Assembly (NCBI RefSeq): GCF_900187275.1 | Contig: NZ_LT906458.1 | Coordinates: 1,920,001 to 1,952,000, forward strand | Direction of reading: 5' to 3' | Source: Pasteurella multocida | GTDB taxonomy: Bacteria > Pseudomonadota > Gammaproteobacteria > Enterobacterales > Pasteurellaceae | Length of the DNA stretch: 32,000 nucleotides | Shown here: piece after piece, positions 1 to 10,975 of the stretch | Layout of the letters: each line of letters begins with the position of its first letter | Position numbering within the stretch: the first letter of the stretch is position 1 | Notes under the pieces: model-generated | The model's input: only the letters and a program-made list of their open reading frames with translations | The model's database searches: none | What the model was told of the DNA's origin: nothing | Translations under genes and position numbers: made by a program

Positions 1-1646
1 TCTAATCCACTGTAACGACGATCACGGAATAAGCCGAAATAGTCTTGCTGTAAGAGAGAAGAGTCATAACCAAAACCTAAGTAGGCATTATTTAATTTTG
101 AACCAATATTGCTTTGGTCTTTGTAAGGGCGATATAAATATTGCACATGAGGTTCTAAAGTTTGTGTGTAACCTTCAATAAACGTTTGCTGGCTAGCCAA
201 AACTGTTTGTAAGTCCACTTTGACTTGTGGCAAGACACGATTGATTTTTCGTTCTACTTGTTCTGCTTCCGCCGCACGCCCTTGCGTTTGTTGGTAGTGG
301 GTTGCATAGAGTTTCGTTTCAATGTTTAAACTACCATAACGATTCGATAGCGGTAAATTGATGCTCGGTTCAGCATGAAAACGCCATGCTTTTGGCATTA
401 ATGGACTTTTATTATCAAAGTGAACTGCTTGTGAAAAGAGTTTGAAATTCAAAGGGCTATCGAACAGGGCATTTTGGTAATAGTTGAAATCGACTTGCGG
501 CAGAGCGCGATATGGACCAATATCCACTTCGTTGAAAATTTGGAATTGTTTAGCCGAAATCGCAATATTGTAATGCGGTTGGTAATAGGCAACACGGAAT
601 TTTTGATCCGCATAGCCGTCTGTGCTTGAGCCATAAGCTGAATCAAAGTCTGAAAAATAACGTTGATCGCTAACACGGGTATAATCCAAATTTAAACGCC
701 AATTTTGTAAGAAACTGGAATGATGTGTCCAATAAAATAAGTGGCGAGAACGATCGCGATTGCGGTAATCGGTTAGTCGATCTTGCTTTAAATATTCGCC
801 TGCAATTTTTCCTTCCCCGATTGGGCTTAAATAGCGGAATTCACCATTAAGTTGCCAACCACGTTTTGACATATATTTTGGGGTCATGGTGGCATCAAGG
901 TTTGGTGCAATATTCCAATAAAACGGTTGCTCATAGAAATAACCGTCACGATTTGATGTCCCAAAATTTGGTAATAATAAACCTGAACGACGGCGATCCC
1001 CAATCGGTAGCTGTAAATAAGGGGTGTAAAAAATCGGTACACCATGCACTTTAAAACGTGCATGCCACATTTCCGCGTATTCTTCTTGAATATGTTGTCG
1101 CATTTCTTTCGCTTCAATTGACCATGCATTATCTTGTGGTAAGCAAGATGTAAACACTGCATTTGTCATGAGACGATAATCTTCGCGTAGCGCAATGGAT
1201 TCTGCTTTGCCTCGTCCTTGACGATCGACTAGTTGGTAATCTGCGTTTTTGATATCAGTGTTTTTCGTATTGAGCTGCACTTGCGCTTCTTCACCTTTTA
1301 GCTGGATTTGGTGATCTTGATACTCAAATCCTCCGCGGACATGCGCTAAACGCTGTAGTCCATTGGGCTGTTTTTGTTGACTGATGTCTGCACGTTGGGC
1401 ACGGAGTTGGCGGTTACCTTGTTGAATTTCTACATTGCCTTCATAGCTGGCACTAACAGATTGGTTTAATCTTGCCTGATCAGCTTCGATGTAAACAGGC
1501 AAGTCATTTGGATTACCCGTGACCAATTCGCCCGTAAAATGTGGGACACCAGCTAAACATTGTGATTTCAAGTCAGCTAAACTGGATACACTATAAAGGG
1601 TACTCAAGATAGCGATAGAAAGGCGTGTGTAAGAATTCTTTTTCAT
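1..1646 (-). CDS. lptD: LPS-assembly outer-membrane protein LptD (Imp/OstA), first ~548 codons; 3' end runs off the window start
   Basis: Absent from the ORF track because no stop lies inside the window. Hand translation from ATG 1646-1644 gives MKKNSYTRLSIAILSTLYSVSSLADLKSQC... (signal peptide), and the frame stays open to position 1. It contains LPIGDRRRSGLLLPNFG, YWNIAPNLDATMTPKYMSKRGW and DYTRVSDQRYFSDFDSAYGSSTDGYADQKF, collinear with E. coli LptD as I recall it. Confidence 0.9.
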   Translation of the reverse strand, partial: MKKNSYTRLSIAILSTLYSVSSLADLKSQCLAGVPHFTGELVTGNPNDLPVYIEADQARLNQSVSASYEGNVEIQQGNRQLRAQRADISQQKQPNGLQRLAHVRGGFEYQDHQIQLKGEEAQVQLNTKNTDIKNADYQLVDRQGRGKAESIALREDYRLMTNAVFTSCLPQDNAWSIEAKEMRQHIQEEYAEMWHARFKVHGVPIFYTPYLQLPIGDRRRSGLLLPNFGTSNRDGYFYEQPFYWNIAPNLDATMTPKYMSKRGWQLNGEFRYLSPIGEGKIAGEYLKQDRLTDYRNRDRSRHLFYWTHHSSFLQNWRLNLDYTRVSDQRYFSDFDSAYGSSTDGYADQKFRVAYYQPHYNIAISAKQFQIFNEVDIGPYRALPQVDFNYYQNALFDSPLNFKLFSQAVHFDNKSPLMPKAWRFHAEPSINLPLSNRYGSLNIETKLYATHYQQTQGRAAEAEQVERKINRVLPQVKVDLQTVLASQQTFIEGYTQTLEPHVQYLYRPYKDQSNIGSKLNNAYLGFGYDSSLLQQDYFGLFRDRRYSGL

Positions 1647-1709
1647 CGGATAAACCATACATAATCAAAAATTAGCCTGATTATACTGGAAAATCAGGGG
1701 AAAGGCATA

Positions 1710-2261
1710 TTATTTACAGCAACAATCATTCAGGTGATCATTGACCAATCCCATCGACTGCATAAAGGCATAACAAGTGGTTTCTCCAACAAAAACAAAG
1801 CCCCGTTTTTTCAACGCGTTAGACATAGCAATGGAAGTTGGTGTTTTCGTGGGGACGCTTGCTAAGTTAGGGACGTCATTGAACTGGGGTTGGTGATTGA
1901 CAAACGACCAAATAAAATTGCTAAAATTCTCACCGCACTTTTGCATGGCTAAATACGCTTTGGCGTTAGTAATAATCGCTTCAAGTTTTTTGCGATGACG
2001 AATGAGTCCTTGATCCTGCATTAACTTATCCACATCAAGTGCGGTCATCTTCGCGATTTTTTCTGGGTTAAATTGATGAAAAGCGCGGCGGTAATTCTCA
2101 CGTTTTTTTAAGACCGTCAGCCAAGATAAGCCAGCTTGCTGCCCTTCTAGGCAAATTTTTTCAAATAATTTGAGACTATCATATTCTGGTTTGCCCCATT
2201 CGTGATCGTGATAATCACGATAAATTGTGCTATTACCTACCCAACTGCAACGTGTTTTCAT
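1710..2261 (-). CDS. tag: DNA-3-methyladenine glycosylase I
   Basis: The track ORF is 1710..2306. I trim it to ATG 2261 (MKTRCSWVGN...) because AGGAG lies 6 nt upstream on the minus strand (AAAGGAGAAATACATG). Tag motifs are present: YHDHEWG, CLEGQQAGLSW, C-terminal HLNDC. Confidence 0.9.
   Translation of the reverse strand: MKTRCSWVGNSTIYRDYHDHEWGKPEYDSLKLFEKICLEGQQAGLSWLTVLKKRENYRRAFHQFNPEKIAKMTALDVDKLMQDQGLIRHRKKLEAIITNAKAYLAMQKCGENFSNFIWSFVNHQPQFNDVPNLASVPTKTPTSIAMSNALKKRGFVFVGETTCYAFMQSMGLVNDHLNDCCCK
1932..1940 (-). repeat. Uptake signal sequence core (Hin-type USS)
   Basis: Exact ACCGCACTT, inside tag. Confidence 0.9.
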
Positions 2262-2418
2262 GTATTTCTCCTTTGTCAGTACGCTCTCTTTTTTCTGTCT
2301 TTTCAAGCAAGCGTTTGCTTAGCAACAGTGCAAGAAAAGATCATTCCATTTTCCTTTTGATATGCTATTGTATATAAGTTCACAACGAAGACATTGTAAT
2401 TCAAAATAGAGGGAAATT

Positions 2419-3372
2419 ATGACAACACAACTTGATTCTCTACGTAATATGACGGTGGTGGTTGCTGATACTGGTGACATTGAAGCTATCAAAAAATACC
2501 AACCTGAAGATGCAACAACGAACCCATCTTTAATTCTCAGCGCGTCTGCCTTGCCACAATATGCCTCATTAATTGATGAAGCCATTGCTTATGCCAAATC
2601 AAAAAGCAACTGTTCAAAACAACAATTAATTGATGCAGAAGATAAATTAGCCGTTAACATCGGCTTGGAAATCTTGAAAATTGTGCCGGGACGCATTTCA
2701 ACAGAAGTGGATGCTCGTCTTTCTTATGATACACAAGCAACAATCGAAAAAGCGAAAAAATTAATCGCACTTTATAACGGAGCTGGTATCTCAAACGATC
2801 GTATCTTGATCAAAATTGCTTCAACTTGGCAAGGGATTCGTGCGGCAGAAGAATTAGAAAAACAAGGTATTAACTGTAACTTAACCCTTTTATTCTCTGA
2901 AGCGCAAGCGCGTGCTTGTGCGGAAGCCGGGGTTTACTTAATTTCGCCATTCGTGGGTCGAATTCTTGACTGGTACAAAGCCAACAGCGATAAAAAAGAC
3001 TATGCGCCGGCAGAAGATCCGGGTGTGATTTCCGTGACTAAAATCTATAACTATTACAAACAACACGGCTATAATACGATCGTCATGGGCGCAAGTTTCC
3101 GTAATGTCGGTGAAATTACCGAATTAGCCGGCTGTGACCGCTTAACCATTGCGCCAGCCTTGTTAAAAGAATTACAAGAAAACAGTGCACCACTTGCGCG
3201 TAAATTAAGCTACACGGGCGAGGTGAAAGCGAAACCTCAACCATTAACTGAAGCGGAGTTCTATTGGGCGCATAATAGTGATGCAATGGCAGTTGAAAAA
3301 CTGGCTGACGGTATCCGTAAATTTGCGGCCGACCAAGAAAAATTAGAAGCGATGTTATTAACAAAATTCTAA
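2419..3372 (+). CDS. talB: Transaldolase B
   Basis: 317 aa, near full-length collinear with E. coli TalB: [42 protein letters not shown] (Schiff-base Lys), NCNLTLLFS. Confidence 0.95.
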   Translation: MTTQLDSLRNMTVVVADTGDIEAIKKYQPEDATTNPSLILSASALPQYASLIDEAIAYAKSKSNCSKQQLIDAEDKLAVNIGLEILKIVPGRISTEVDARLSYDTQATIEKAKKLIALYNGAGISNDRILIKIASTWQGIRAAEELEKQGINCNLTLLFSEAQARACAEAGVYLISPFVGRILDWYKANSDKKDYAPAEDPGVISVTKIYNYYKQHGYNTIVMGASFRNVGEITELAGCDRLTIAPALLKELQENSAPLARKLSYTGEVKAKPQPLTEAEFYWAHNSDAMAVEKLADGIRKFAADQEKLEAMLLTKF

Positions 3373-3393
3373 TTTTGTGCTGAAAAGAGAAAA

Positions 3394-3424
3394 AGTGCGG
3401 TCAATTTTGACCGCATTTTTTATT
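3394..3424. terminator. Rho-independent terminator built from a USS plus an imperfect inverted copy; usable in both directions
   Basis: The stem TGCGGTCA (3397-3404) pairs with TGACCGCA (3409-3416) around a 4-nt loop, followed by TTTTT. The reverse strand gives the same hairpin followed by TTTTTCTCTTTTC. It lies 22 nt after the talB stop and about 40 nt after the stop of the minus-strand ORF 3459-4286. Confidence 0.8.
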
Positions 3425-3458
3425 GCCAAGTTGGTTCAAGTTTTCTTATATTATTTTA

Positions 3459-4286
3459 TTATTTATATTGAACTTTTTCTGCTTGAGTATTAAGAATGAT
3501 ATTATTGGCTATTAATAAATCAATAATCTTATCTACCTCATTCATTTTTTTTAAATTCAGTTTAGATGCAATATCATTCTTTAAGCTACTTAATTTTGTT
3601 GGTCTTTTATTCTTCTGTTTTTTTAGTAAATAAGAAAGATAAATATCAAATAGGGACTCAACTTTAGTATAAATAATGGTGTTGTTATTGATTTGAATAA
3701 ATGTTTCTTCTTTGAGTTTTGCTATCACCTTATCGATTATTACAGACGACAAGTCAGGGTCTTGATGTTTTAAGTCAGTTTGTGAACGGATATGGTTAGA
3801 TAATGTCTCTAACTTACTCGGTAAGTTTTTAGTTGAGATATTTTTCAATACTTTTTTATATAATTTAGCATACTTCTCCGCATTCTGTTGAAGTGCTATT
3901 TCTTTTTCCTCTTTTACGGATTCAGGTTGTTTATCTGCTGTACTTTTATCAAGAGTCAATAATTGACAATTTCTTGCATTTTTCTGATTTTGGATATAGT
4001 CACAAATTCCTTGATAACCTTTATCTTTAGAAATCACATCAAAGTGAATGTTCTTATCAACTTCTTGATCAAACTTTCCTAAAAAATAAGCAAGATGAAA
4101 ATCAAGATTATTCTTTGCTACATCTTTAATAGTGATTAAATGAATAACAATTTGATCATTAAATTTTTCAGATAGTGTAATAGATTGTTGCTGTGCGCCT
4201 AGGAATAAATATATTTTTTCGTACTTATTTAAATTGATATTATCTAACGAATGGATATTTTCATAATCAATAAACGCATATTTCAT
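3459..4286 (-). CDS. Hypothetical protein: putative NYN/PIN-like nuclease domain followed by two tandem ~65-aa winged-helix (OST-HTH/LOTUS-like) repeats
   Basis: Uninterrupted 275-aa ORF with AAGGA 8 nt before the ATG, starting 20 nt after the nudJ stop. The N-terminus carries FIDYEN, NNLDFHL and VISKDKGY, acidic motifs in the order seen in NYN/LabA-type domains. The C-terminal half is an internal repeat: LPSKLETLSNHIRSQ...VIIDKVIAKL...IIY versus RPTKLSSLKNDIASK...KIIDLLIANN...VQY. Hand counts of 60-nt lines give 20-23% GC. The family assignment is inference only. Confidence 0.6.
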   Translation of the reverse strand: MKYAFIDYENIHSLDNINLNKYEKIYLFLGAQQQSITLSEKFNDQIVIHLITIKDVAKNNLDFHLAYFLGKFDQEVDKNIHFDVISKDKGYQGICDYIQNQKNARNCQLLTLDKSTADKQPESVKEEKEIALQQNAEKYAKLYKKVLKNISTKNLPSKLETLSNHIRSQTDLKHQDPDLSSVIIDKVIAKLKEETFIQINNNTIIYTKVESLFDIYLSYLLKKQKNKRPTKLSSLKNDIASKLNLKKMNEVDKIIDLLIANNIILNTQAEKVQYK

Positions 4287-4306
4287 TTAAGATCATCCTT
4301 GAGTGA

Positions 4307-4759
4307 TTAAAAAGCCTTCAACAATTGTACAGAAATAAACTCGCCTTTTAAATAATCTTTCACGGATTCAATTACTAACGGACTACGCTCACATTGCCCC
4401 GCTTGTTGAATGTAGTCATAAAATTCCTCTAAGCTCAGCCATAAACCACGAGTGATGTCAGGATCTTGGGGCTGAATCGGGAGCCAATCATCCAGTTCGA
4501 CGGCAAAGGTAAAACGAAGAAAATCAGTTTTACTACGAGGGGCGTGCCATTGATAGATTTTAATCAAACTTTGCATATCCGCGTGGATACCCGTTTCTTC
4601 AAAGAGCTCACGTTTTGCCCCTTCAAGCAAGCTCTCATCTGCTTCTAAATGTCCGGCGGGCTGATTTAAGGTCAGTTTGCCGTGTTCCAGTTCTTCTACA
4701 AATAAAAATTTGCCTTTGCAATGCACCACACAGGCAAGGGTGACGTTGGGTTTATGCAT
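4307..4759 (-). CDS. nudJ: Nudix hydrolase, NudJ-like phosphatase
   Basis: Nudix box GHLEADESLLEGAKRELFEETG. Collinear with E. coli NudJ (KPxVTxACVVH...NQPAGHLEADE...FLRFxFAxEL). AAGGA RBS 7 nt upstream. Same rluE-nudJ adjacency beside icd as in E. coli. Confidence 0.8.
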   Translation of the reverse strand: MHKPNVTLACVVHCKGKFLFVEELEHGKLTLNQPAGHLEADESLLEGAKRELFEETGIHADMQSLIKIYQWHAPRSKTDFLRFTFAVELDDWLPIQPQDPDITRGLWLSLEEFYDYIQQAGQCERSPLVIESVKDYLKGEFISVQLLKAF

Positions 4760-4771
4760 AGCCTGTCCTTA

Positions 4772-5500
<729 letters not shown>

Positions 5501-5685
5501 TTAAAGGTGGTCAGTTGAAAATGGGATCTAGATCGAAAAATAAAGAAATTTTTTAACAAAAATTTAATAAATGCTTGCGAACTTGCGCCAGTTCCAATAG
5601 TTTTGTAAGGATAATCTCATGTCATCACGTAGATTACTGTCGAACAACTATCCTACCACAGGCAAGAAAATAAGGAAGAAATGAT

Positions 5686-6933
5686 ATGCAATCAAAAGTC
5701 GTTATCCCACAAGGTGAAAAAATTCAACTGGATGCCAAAGGAGCATTAATGGTACCTGATAATCCGATTATCCCCTTTATTGAAGGCGATGGTATTGGTG
5801 TGGACGTTACGCCCGCGATGCGTACGGTCATTGATGCGGCGGTGGAAAAAGCCTATGGCGGCAAACGTAAAATTTCGTGGATGGAAATCTATGCCGGTGG
5901 TAAAGCAAATGAGGTCTATGGCGAAAATACTTGGTTACCCGATGAAACCATGACATTTATCCGTGATTATCATGTGGCGATTAAGGGACCGTTAATGACG
6001 CCAGTCGGTGGTGGCATTCGTTCCTTGAATGTGGCGATGCGTCAAGGCTTAGATTTATATAATTGCTTACGTCCAATTCGTTATTATGACGGTACCCCAA
6101 GTCCTGTTAAACACCCTGAATTAGTGGACATGGTGATTTTCCGTGAAAACTCCGAAGATATTTATGCGGGTGTAGAATGGGTGGCAGGATCTGCCGAAGC
6201 GAATAAAGTGATTGCGTTTTTACAACAAGAAATGGGGGTGAAAAAAATCCGTTTTACTGAAGATTGTGGCATTGGTATCAAACCAGTTTCTAAACAAGGT
6301 ACCCAACGTTTAGTACGTGCAGCACTACAATATGTGATTGATAATGATCGCAAATCGCTTACTCTAGTGCACAAAGGGAACATCATGAAATTTACCGAAG
6401 GCGCATTCAAAGAGTGGGGTTATCAAGTGGCGCAAGAGTTTGGTGCCGAATTGCTAGATGGTGGTCCATGGATGACATTAAAAAATCCAAAAACAGGCAG
6501 AGAAATCATCATTAAAGACAGCATTGCCGATGCGTTTTTACAAGAAATTCTGCTTCACCCAACGGAGTACGATGTGATTGCGACTTTAAACCTAAACGGG
6601 GATTACATTTCTGACGCGTTAGCCGCGCAGGTGGGGGGTATCGGGATTTCACCGGGGGCGAATATTGGTGCAGAAGCTGCGATTTTTGAAGCCACCCACG
6701 GTACCGCACCAAAAATTGCAGGACAAGATAAAGGTAATCCGGGTTCTTTGATTTTGAGTGGTGAAATGATGTTACGTCACTTAGGTTGGTTGGAAGCGGC
6801 GGATTTAGTGGTCAAAGCAGTATCGAAAACCATTGCTGATAAAACCGTTACCTTTGATTTTGCTGAAATGTTAGAAGGTGCCACATTACGTTCTACTTCG
6901 GAATTTGCTCAAGATATTGTAGCGAATATGTAA
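5686..6933 (+). CDS. icd: Isocitrate dehydrogenase (NADP)
   Basis: 415 aa, collinear with E. coli Icd, including [13 protein letters not shown] (the phospho-regulated Ser region), [19 protein letters not shown] and [19 protein letters not shown] upstream. Confidence 0.95.
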   Translation: MQSKVVIPQGEKIQLDAKGALMVPDNPIIPFIEGDGIGVDVTPAMRTVIDAAVEKAYGGKRKISWMEIYAGGKANEVYGENTWLPDETMTFIRDYHVAIKGPLMTPVGGGIRSLNVAMRQGLDLYNCLRPIRYYDGTPSPVKHPELVDMVIFRENSEDIYAGVEWVAGSAEANKVIAFLQQEMGVKKIRFTEDCGIGIKPVSKQGTQRLVRAALQYVIDNDRKSLTLVHKGNIMKFTEGAFKEWGYQVAQEFGAELLDGGPWMTLKNPKTGREIIIKDSIADAFLQEILLHPTEYDVIATLNLNGDYISDALAAQVGGIGISPGANIGAEAAIFEATHGTAPKIAGQDKGNPGSLILSGEMMLRHLGWLEAADLVVKAVSKTIADKTVTFDFAEMLEGATLRSTSEFAQDIVANM

Positions 6934-6953
6934 GTCTTACGTTGATAAAATCT

Positions 6954-6990
6954 CCCCATGATTCTGCGGAATGATGGGGTTTTCTTTTCT
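6954..6990 (+). terminator. Rho-independent terminator of icd
   Basis: CCCCATGATT (6954-6963) pairs with AATGATGGGG (6970-6979) with one mismatch, followed by TTTTCTTTTC. Confidence 0.7.
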
Positions 6991-7024
6991 TTACGGGGGA
7001 AAAATTTACCTTAATTTGCCTGAT

Positions 7025-7033
7025 AAGTGCGGT
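7025..7033 (+). repeat. Uptake signal sequence core (Hin-type USS)
   Basis: Exact AAGTGCGGT followed by a T-rich tract, in the icd-ftsB spacer. Confidence 0.9.
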
Positions 7034-7089
7034 ATTTTTTCTGATTTCACGGTAAACTAAAGACTTTATGATTAACGGGCAGAACTACG

Positions 7090-7368
7090 ATGCGTTTATT
7101 TATTTTTTTATTAGTCGCTGTGTTATTGCTATTCCAATATGATTTTTGGTTTGGCAAGAATGGCTATTTGGATTACAAACGAACCGCACAGCAAATTGCT
7201 CAACATAAACAAGAAAACGAAAAACTGTCACAACGTAATCAAGTGGTGGCAGCAGAAATTAAAGATTTAAAACAAGGGGTAGAAGCTATCGAAGAACGTG
7301 CCAGATTCCAGCATGATATGGTGAAACCCGATGAAATTTTTTATCACATTGTCAAAGAGCAGAAATAA
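7090..7368 (+). CDS. ftsB: Cell division protein FtsB
   Basis: 92 aa with an N-terminal TM helix, then a coiled coil. [13 protein letters not shown] and [18 protein letters not shown] parallel E. coli FtsB. Confidence 0.9.
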
Positions 7369-8084
7369 TGACAACGCCGATTGCTAAATCTACACGTCGT
7401 ATTGTTGCTGTTGTGCCTGCGGCGGGCATAGGTAGCCGCATGCAAATGGATAAACCGAAGCAGTATCTGCACATTCATGGCAAAACGATCTTAGAACATA
7501 CTTTATCTGTGCTGTTAGGTTATCCATTAATTGAAAAAATTATTTTAGCGGTGGCAGCAAACGATCCCTATATTTCCACTTGCCCTTTATTAACACACCC
7601 GAAAATTCAGCTGGTCGAAGGGGGCAGCAGTCGTGCTGACTCGGTGCTCAATGGGCTTAACGCGGTCAAAAGTGCGGTACAAAATAGCGAAGATTTTTGG
7701 GTGATGGTGCATGATGCGGCACGCCCTTGTTTAACACATCAAGATTTAGATAAATTGGTGCAAGTGGAAGATCAAAACGGGGCGATTCTGGCTATTCCAG
7801 CCACTGATACCATTAAACGTGCTTTACACAATCAGCAAATTCATTATACCGAAGATCGCTCGCAACTTTGGCTAGCGCAGACGCCACAATTTTTTCCCAT
7901 AGCAACCTTAGCACAAGCCTTAGAACAGGCATTGGCGCAAGGTTTACAGGTGACGGATGAAGCATCTGCCATGGAATTTGCTGGATTTCGACCGCACTTA
8001 GTGGCAGGGCGAAGCGATAATATTAAAGTGACCCGTCCAGAAGATTTCGCGTTAGCAGAATTTTATTTAAGCAGAACAAAATAG
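7368..8084 (+). CDS. ispD: 2-C-methyl-D-erythritol 4-phosphate cytidylyltransferase
   Basis: [30 protein letters not shown] and TDTIKR motifs. The start overlaps the ftsB stop (TAATG). Confidence 0.95.
7670..7678 (+). repeat. Uptake signal sequence core (Hin-type USS)
   Basis: Exact AAGTGCGGT, inside ispD. Confidence 0.9.
7991..7999 (-). repeat. Uptake signal sequence core (Hin-type USS)
   Basis: Exact ACCGCACTT, inside ispD. Confidence 0.9.
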
Positions 8085-8092
8085 GAAAAAAG

Positions 8093-8569
8093 ATGATACG
8101 AATTGGTCATGGTTTTGATGTACACGCCTTTGGTGGCGAAGGTCCAATCATTATTGGTGGCGTGGCAATTCCTTATGAAAAAGGGTTACTTGCTCATTCT
8201 GATGGTGATGTGGCATTACATGCTTTAACCGATGCGCTACTTGGTGCGGTCGCATTAGGTGATATTGGCAAACTGTTCCCTGATACTGACATGCAATACA
8301 AAGGTGCAGATAGCCGTGGGTTATTGCGCGAAGCCTATGCACAAGTGCAAGCGAAGGGCTATCAAGTGGGCAATGTCGATGTTACTATCATTGCACAAGC
8401 CCCGAAAATGCGTCCGCATATTGATGCGATGCGAGCGGCAATTGCCGAAGATTTAGCCTGTGATATTGAACAAGTGAACGTGAAAGCGACCACCAGTGAA
8501 CGTTTAGGCTTTACTGGACGCGGTGAAGGCATTGCCTGTGAAGCTGTGGCGTTAGTGGTGAAAAGTTAA
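8093..8569 (+). CDS. ispF: 2-C-methyl-D-erythritol 2,4-cyclodiphosphate synthase
   Basis: [14 protein letters not shown]...[21 protein letters not shown]...IIAQAPKM is nearly identical in pattern to E. coli IspF. Confidence 0.95.
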   Translation: MIRIGHGFDVHAFGGEGPIIIGGVAIPYEKGLLAHSDGDVALHALTDALLGAVALGDIGKLFPDTDMQYKGADSRGLLREAYAQVQAKGYQVGNVDVTIIAQAPKMRPHIDAMRAAIAEDLACDIEQVNVKATTSERLGFTGRGEGIACEAVALVVKS

Positions 8570-9576
8570 TGGAACTGGCTTATTTACATACTCGTCCAGA
8601 GCAATACGCACGTTTGAAAGCCGAATGTGCGGATTTTATTGTCAAAGAAAACCTCGGTTATGAAATGTCTGGCGACGGGGAATTTGTGGCGGTAAAAGTA
8701 CGCAAAACGGATTGCAACACGCTGTTTGTCGGTGAAAAACTCGCCCAATTCGTCGGTATTTCTGAACGTAATATGGGTTATGCGGGCTTAAAAGATCGTA
8801 AAGCCGTGACAGAGCAATGGTTCTGCTTACACATGCCGGGGCAACCCACACCTGATTTCCGCTCATTCCAGTTAGAGGGGGTCGATATCCTCGAAGTGAC
8901 GCGCCATAATCGCAAAATCCGTACGGGGAGTCTTGAGGGGAATCATTTTGAGATTTTGCTACGTGGTGCAAAAGAGACCGATGAACTCAACATGCGTTTA
9001 AACAATATTAAACAATGTGGTTTTCCAAACTATTTTACCGAGCAGCGTTTTGGGCGCGATGGGCATAACCTGACGCAAGCCTTACGTTGGGCACAAGGTG
9101 AAATTAACGTCAAAGATCGCAAAAAACGCAGTTTTTATCTTTCCGCTGCACGCAGTGAAGTCTTCAATCTTGTCGTATCAGAACGTATTGCATTACAGCT
9201 TGCGCAACAAGTATTACGTGGCGATATGTTACAACTACAAGGCTCACACAGTTGGTTTCAAGCCGACGAAAAAGAAGATCTGAATGCCTTACAAGCCCGT
9301 TTAGAACAACAAGATATTTTACTCACGGCACTGCTAATTGGTGAGCAAAATCCTCCTGCCACTGACATCGAAAATCAATTGGTTGAACAACATCAAGCCT
9401 TGTTAACCCTGATGGCGAAAGAACGTATGAAAGCAGCTCGTCGCCCAATGTTAATGCAAGCGCAAGCGTTGCAATGGGCATTTGTTACAGAAGGACTCAA
9501 ACTTGCCTTCTACTTACCCGCGGGCAGTTATGCCACTGCCTTGGTGAGAGAAGTGGTGAATGTGCAAGAAGATTAA
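8569..9576 (+). CDS. truD: tRNA pseudouridine(13) synthase TruD
   Basis: Collinear with E. coli TruD: [13 protein letters not shown] (catalytic Asp), [39 protein letters not shown]. The start overlaps the ispF stop (TAATG). Confidence 0.9.
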   Translation: MELAYLHTRPEQYARLKAECADFIVKENLGYEMSGDGEFVAVKVRKTDCNTLFVGEKLAQFVGISERNMGYAGLKDRKAVTEQWFCLHMPGQPTPDFRSFQLEGVDILEVTRHNRKIRTGSLEGNHFEILLRGAKETDELNMRLNNIKQCGFPNYFTEQRFGRDGHNLTQALRWAQGEINVKDRKKRSFYLSAARSEVFNLVVSERIALQLAQQVLRGDMLQLQGSHSWFQADEKEDLNALQARLEQQDILLTALLIGEQNPPATDIENQLVEQHQALLTLMAKERMKAARRPMLMQAQALQWAFVTEGLKLAFYLPAGSYATALVREVVNVQED

Positions 9577-9605
9577 TTTCAACCCAACATTTAAAAGGAA
9601 TGGCT

Positions 9606-10124
9606 ATGCAAAGATGGATCAAAACACTGCTCAGTATTATGTTGCTTGTGAGTACAATGAATGTCTTCGCTCAACGAGAAGAAGACCCGGTTTTTGAACA
9701 AGGTGTTGAAGCCTATAAACGCGGTGATCATGCTACTGCGTTTAAACTTTGGTTATCACGAGCCGAGCAAGGGGAGATGACCGCTCAATTTAATGTAGGG
9801 AGAATGTACGACGAGGGTGACGGTGTTGAACAAGACAAGCAACAAGCTTTGAAATGGTATCAAAAGTCTGCCGAGCAAAATCACCCCGATGCACAGTATC
9901 ATTTAGGGCTGATGTACAGTGAAGGCGACGGCATTGCACAAGACTTTAAACAAGCCTACAAATGGTATAGTCAATCTGCCGTACAGGGCGATGCGCGTGC
10001 GCTCTATAATTTAGGTACACTCTATGCGAATGGCGAAGGAGTCGAACGCAATTGGGACAGAGCGAAAATGTATTTTAAACAAGCTTGCAAAGCGGGTTTG
10101 CCAGAAGGGTGTGATTGGGAATAA
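9606..10124 (+). CDS. Secreted Sel1-repeat (SLR/TPR-like) protein
   Basis: The track ORF starts at 9474 inside truD. I use ATG 9606 (an alternative is 9600), which has AAAAGGA 6 nt upstream. Signal peptide MQRWIKTLLSIMLLVSTMNVFA. About four consecutive ~36-aa Sel1 units follow (for example AQYHLGLMYSEGDGIAQDFKQAYKWYSQSA). Confidence 0.8.
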   Translation: MQRWIKTLLSIMLLVSTMNVFAQREEDPVFEQGVEAYKRGDHATAFKLWLSRAEQGEMTAQFNVGRMYDEGDGVEQDKQQALKWYQKSAEQNHPDAQYHLGLMYSEGDGIAQDFKQAYKWYSQSAVQGDARALYNLGTLYANGEGVERNWDRAKMYFKQACKAGLPEGCDWE

Positions 10125-10140
10125 AACATTTCTAAAAAGC

Positions 10141-10149
10141 ACCGCACTT
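10141..10149 (-). repeat. Uptake signal sequence core (Hin-type USS)
   Basis: Exact ACCGCACTT, in the spacer before surE. Confidence 0.9.
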
Positions 10150-10195
10150 TAAACAAACGCATCCAAAGCATATAACAAAGAATAAGGACAACACC

Positions 10196-10936
10196 ATGAA
10201 AATTCTTCTCAGCAACGACGATGGGATTCACGCTGAAGGCATTCAAATACTGGCTCGTGAGTTACGTAAATTTGCTGATGTCACACTTGTCGCCCCTGAC
10301 CGTAATCGCAGTGCAGCGTCCAGTTCTTTAACATTAGTTGAACCATTACGTCCCTTACGCTTGCCGAATGGGGATTATTGCCTCAATGGCACCCCCGCCG
10401 ATTGCGTCTATCTAGCATTAAATGGGTTTTTATCTGGACAAGTGGATTTGGTAGTGTCGGGGATCAATGCGGGCGTGAATTTGGGGGATGATGTGATTTA
10501 TTCAGGCACCGTCGCTGCGGCATTAGAAGGGCGTTATTTAGGGTTGCCTGCAATTGCGGTTTCCCTTGATGGACGTCAACATTATGAGAGCGCGGCGCGT
10601 GTGGTTTGTGAGTTAATTCCTCGATTGCATGGACAAATTTTACAACGGCGTGAAATTCTCAATATTAATGTCCCAGATATTCCTTATGAAGAGATTAAAG
10701 GAGTGAAAGTGTGCCATTTAGGTTATCGTGCAGCTGCCGCAGAGGTGGTGAAGCAACAAGATCCACGAGGTGAGGCAATTTATTGGGTTGGACCGGCGGG
10801 CTTAGCGGAAAATGAACAAGAAGGTACAGACTTTCATGCAGTGAAAAATGGCTATGTCGCGATTACGCCAATTCAAGCAGATATGACCGCCTATCATTCA
10901 TTGCAATCTTTACAAGATTGGTTAGAAAGTGAATAA
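10196..10936 (+). CDS. surE: 5'/3'-nucleotidase SurE
   Basis: [31 protein letters not shown] and [24 protein letters not shown] match E. coli SurE. Confidence 0.95.
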
Positions 10937-10975
10937 TAATCCGTTTTTTATTCTTTATGATGAGGAAGGTGCGCG

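Noticed and set aside
449-1162. Track ORFs 449..676(-), 866..1054(+) and 884..1162(-).
   Set aside because: All lie inside the continuous lptD reading frame (1..1646, minus), which has strong homology support. They are shadow or alternative-frame ORFs.
5619-5684. A 21-codon upstream ORF ([21 protein letters not shown]) with an AAGGA RBS, ending 1 nt before the icd ATG.
   Set aside because: It has no compositional or codon signal of regulation and no downstream structure, and the icd RBS lies inside it. It is indistinguishable from a chance ORF in an AT-rich leader.
9474-9605. N-terminal extension of the Sel1-repeat ORF overlapping the end of truD.
   Set aside because: The extension ([14 protein letters not shown]...) is out-of-frame truD sequence. 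A proper RBS and signal peptide begin at 9600/9606.
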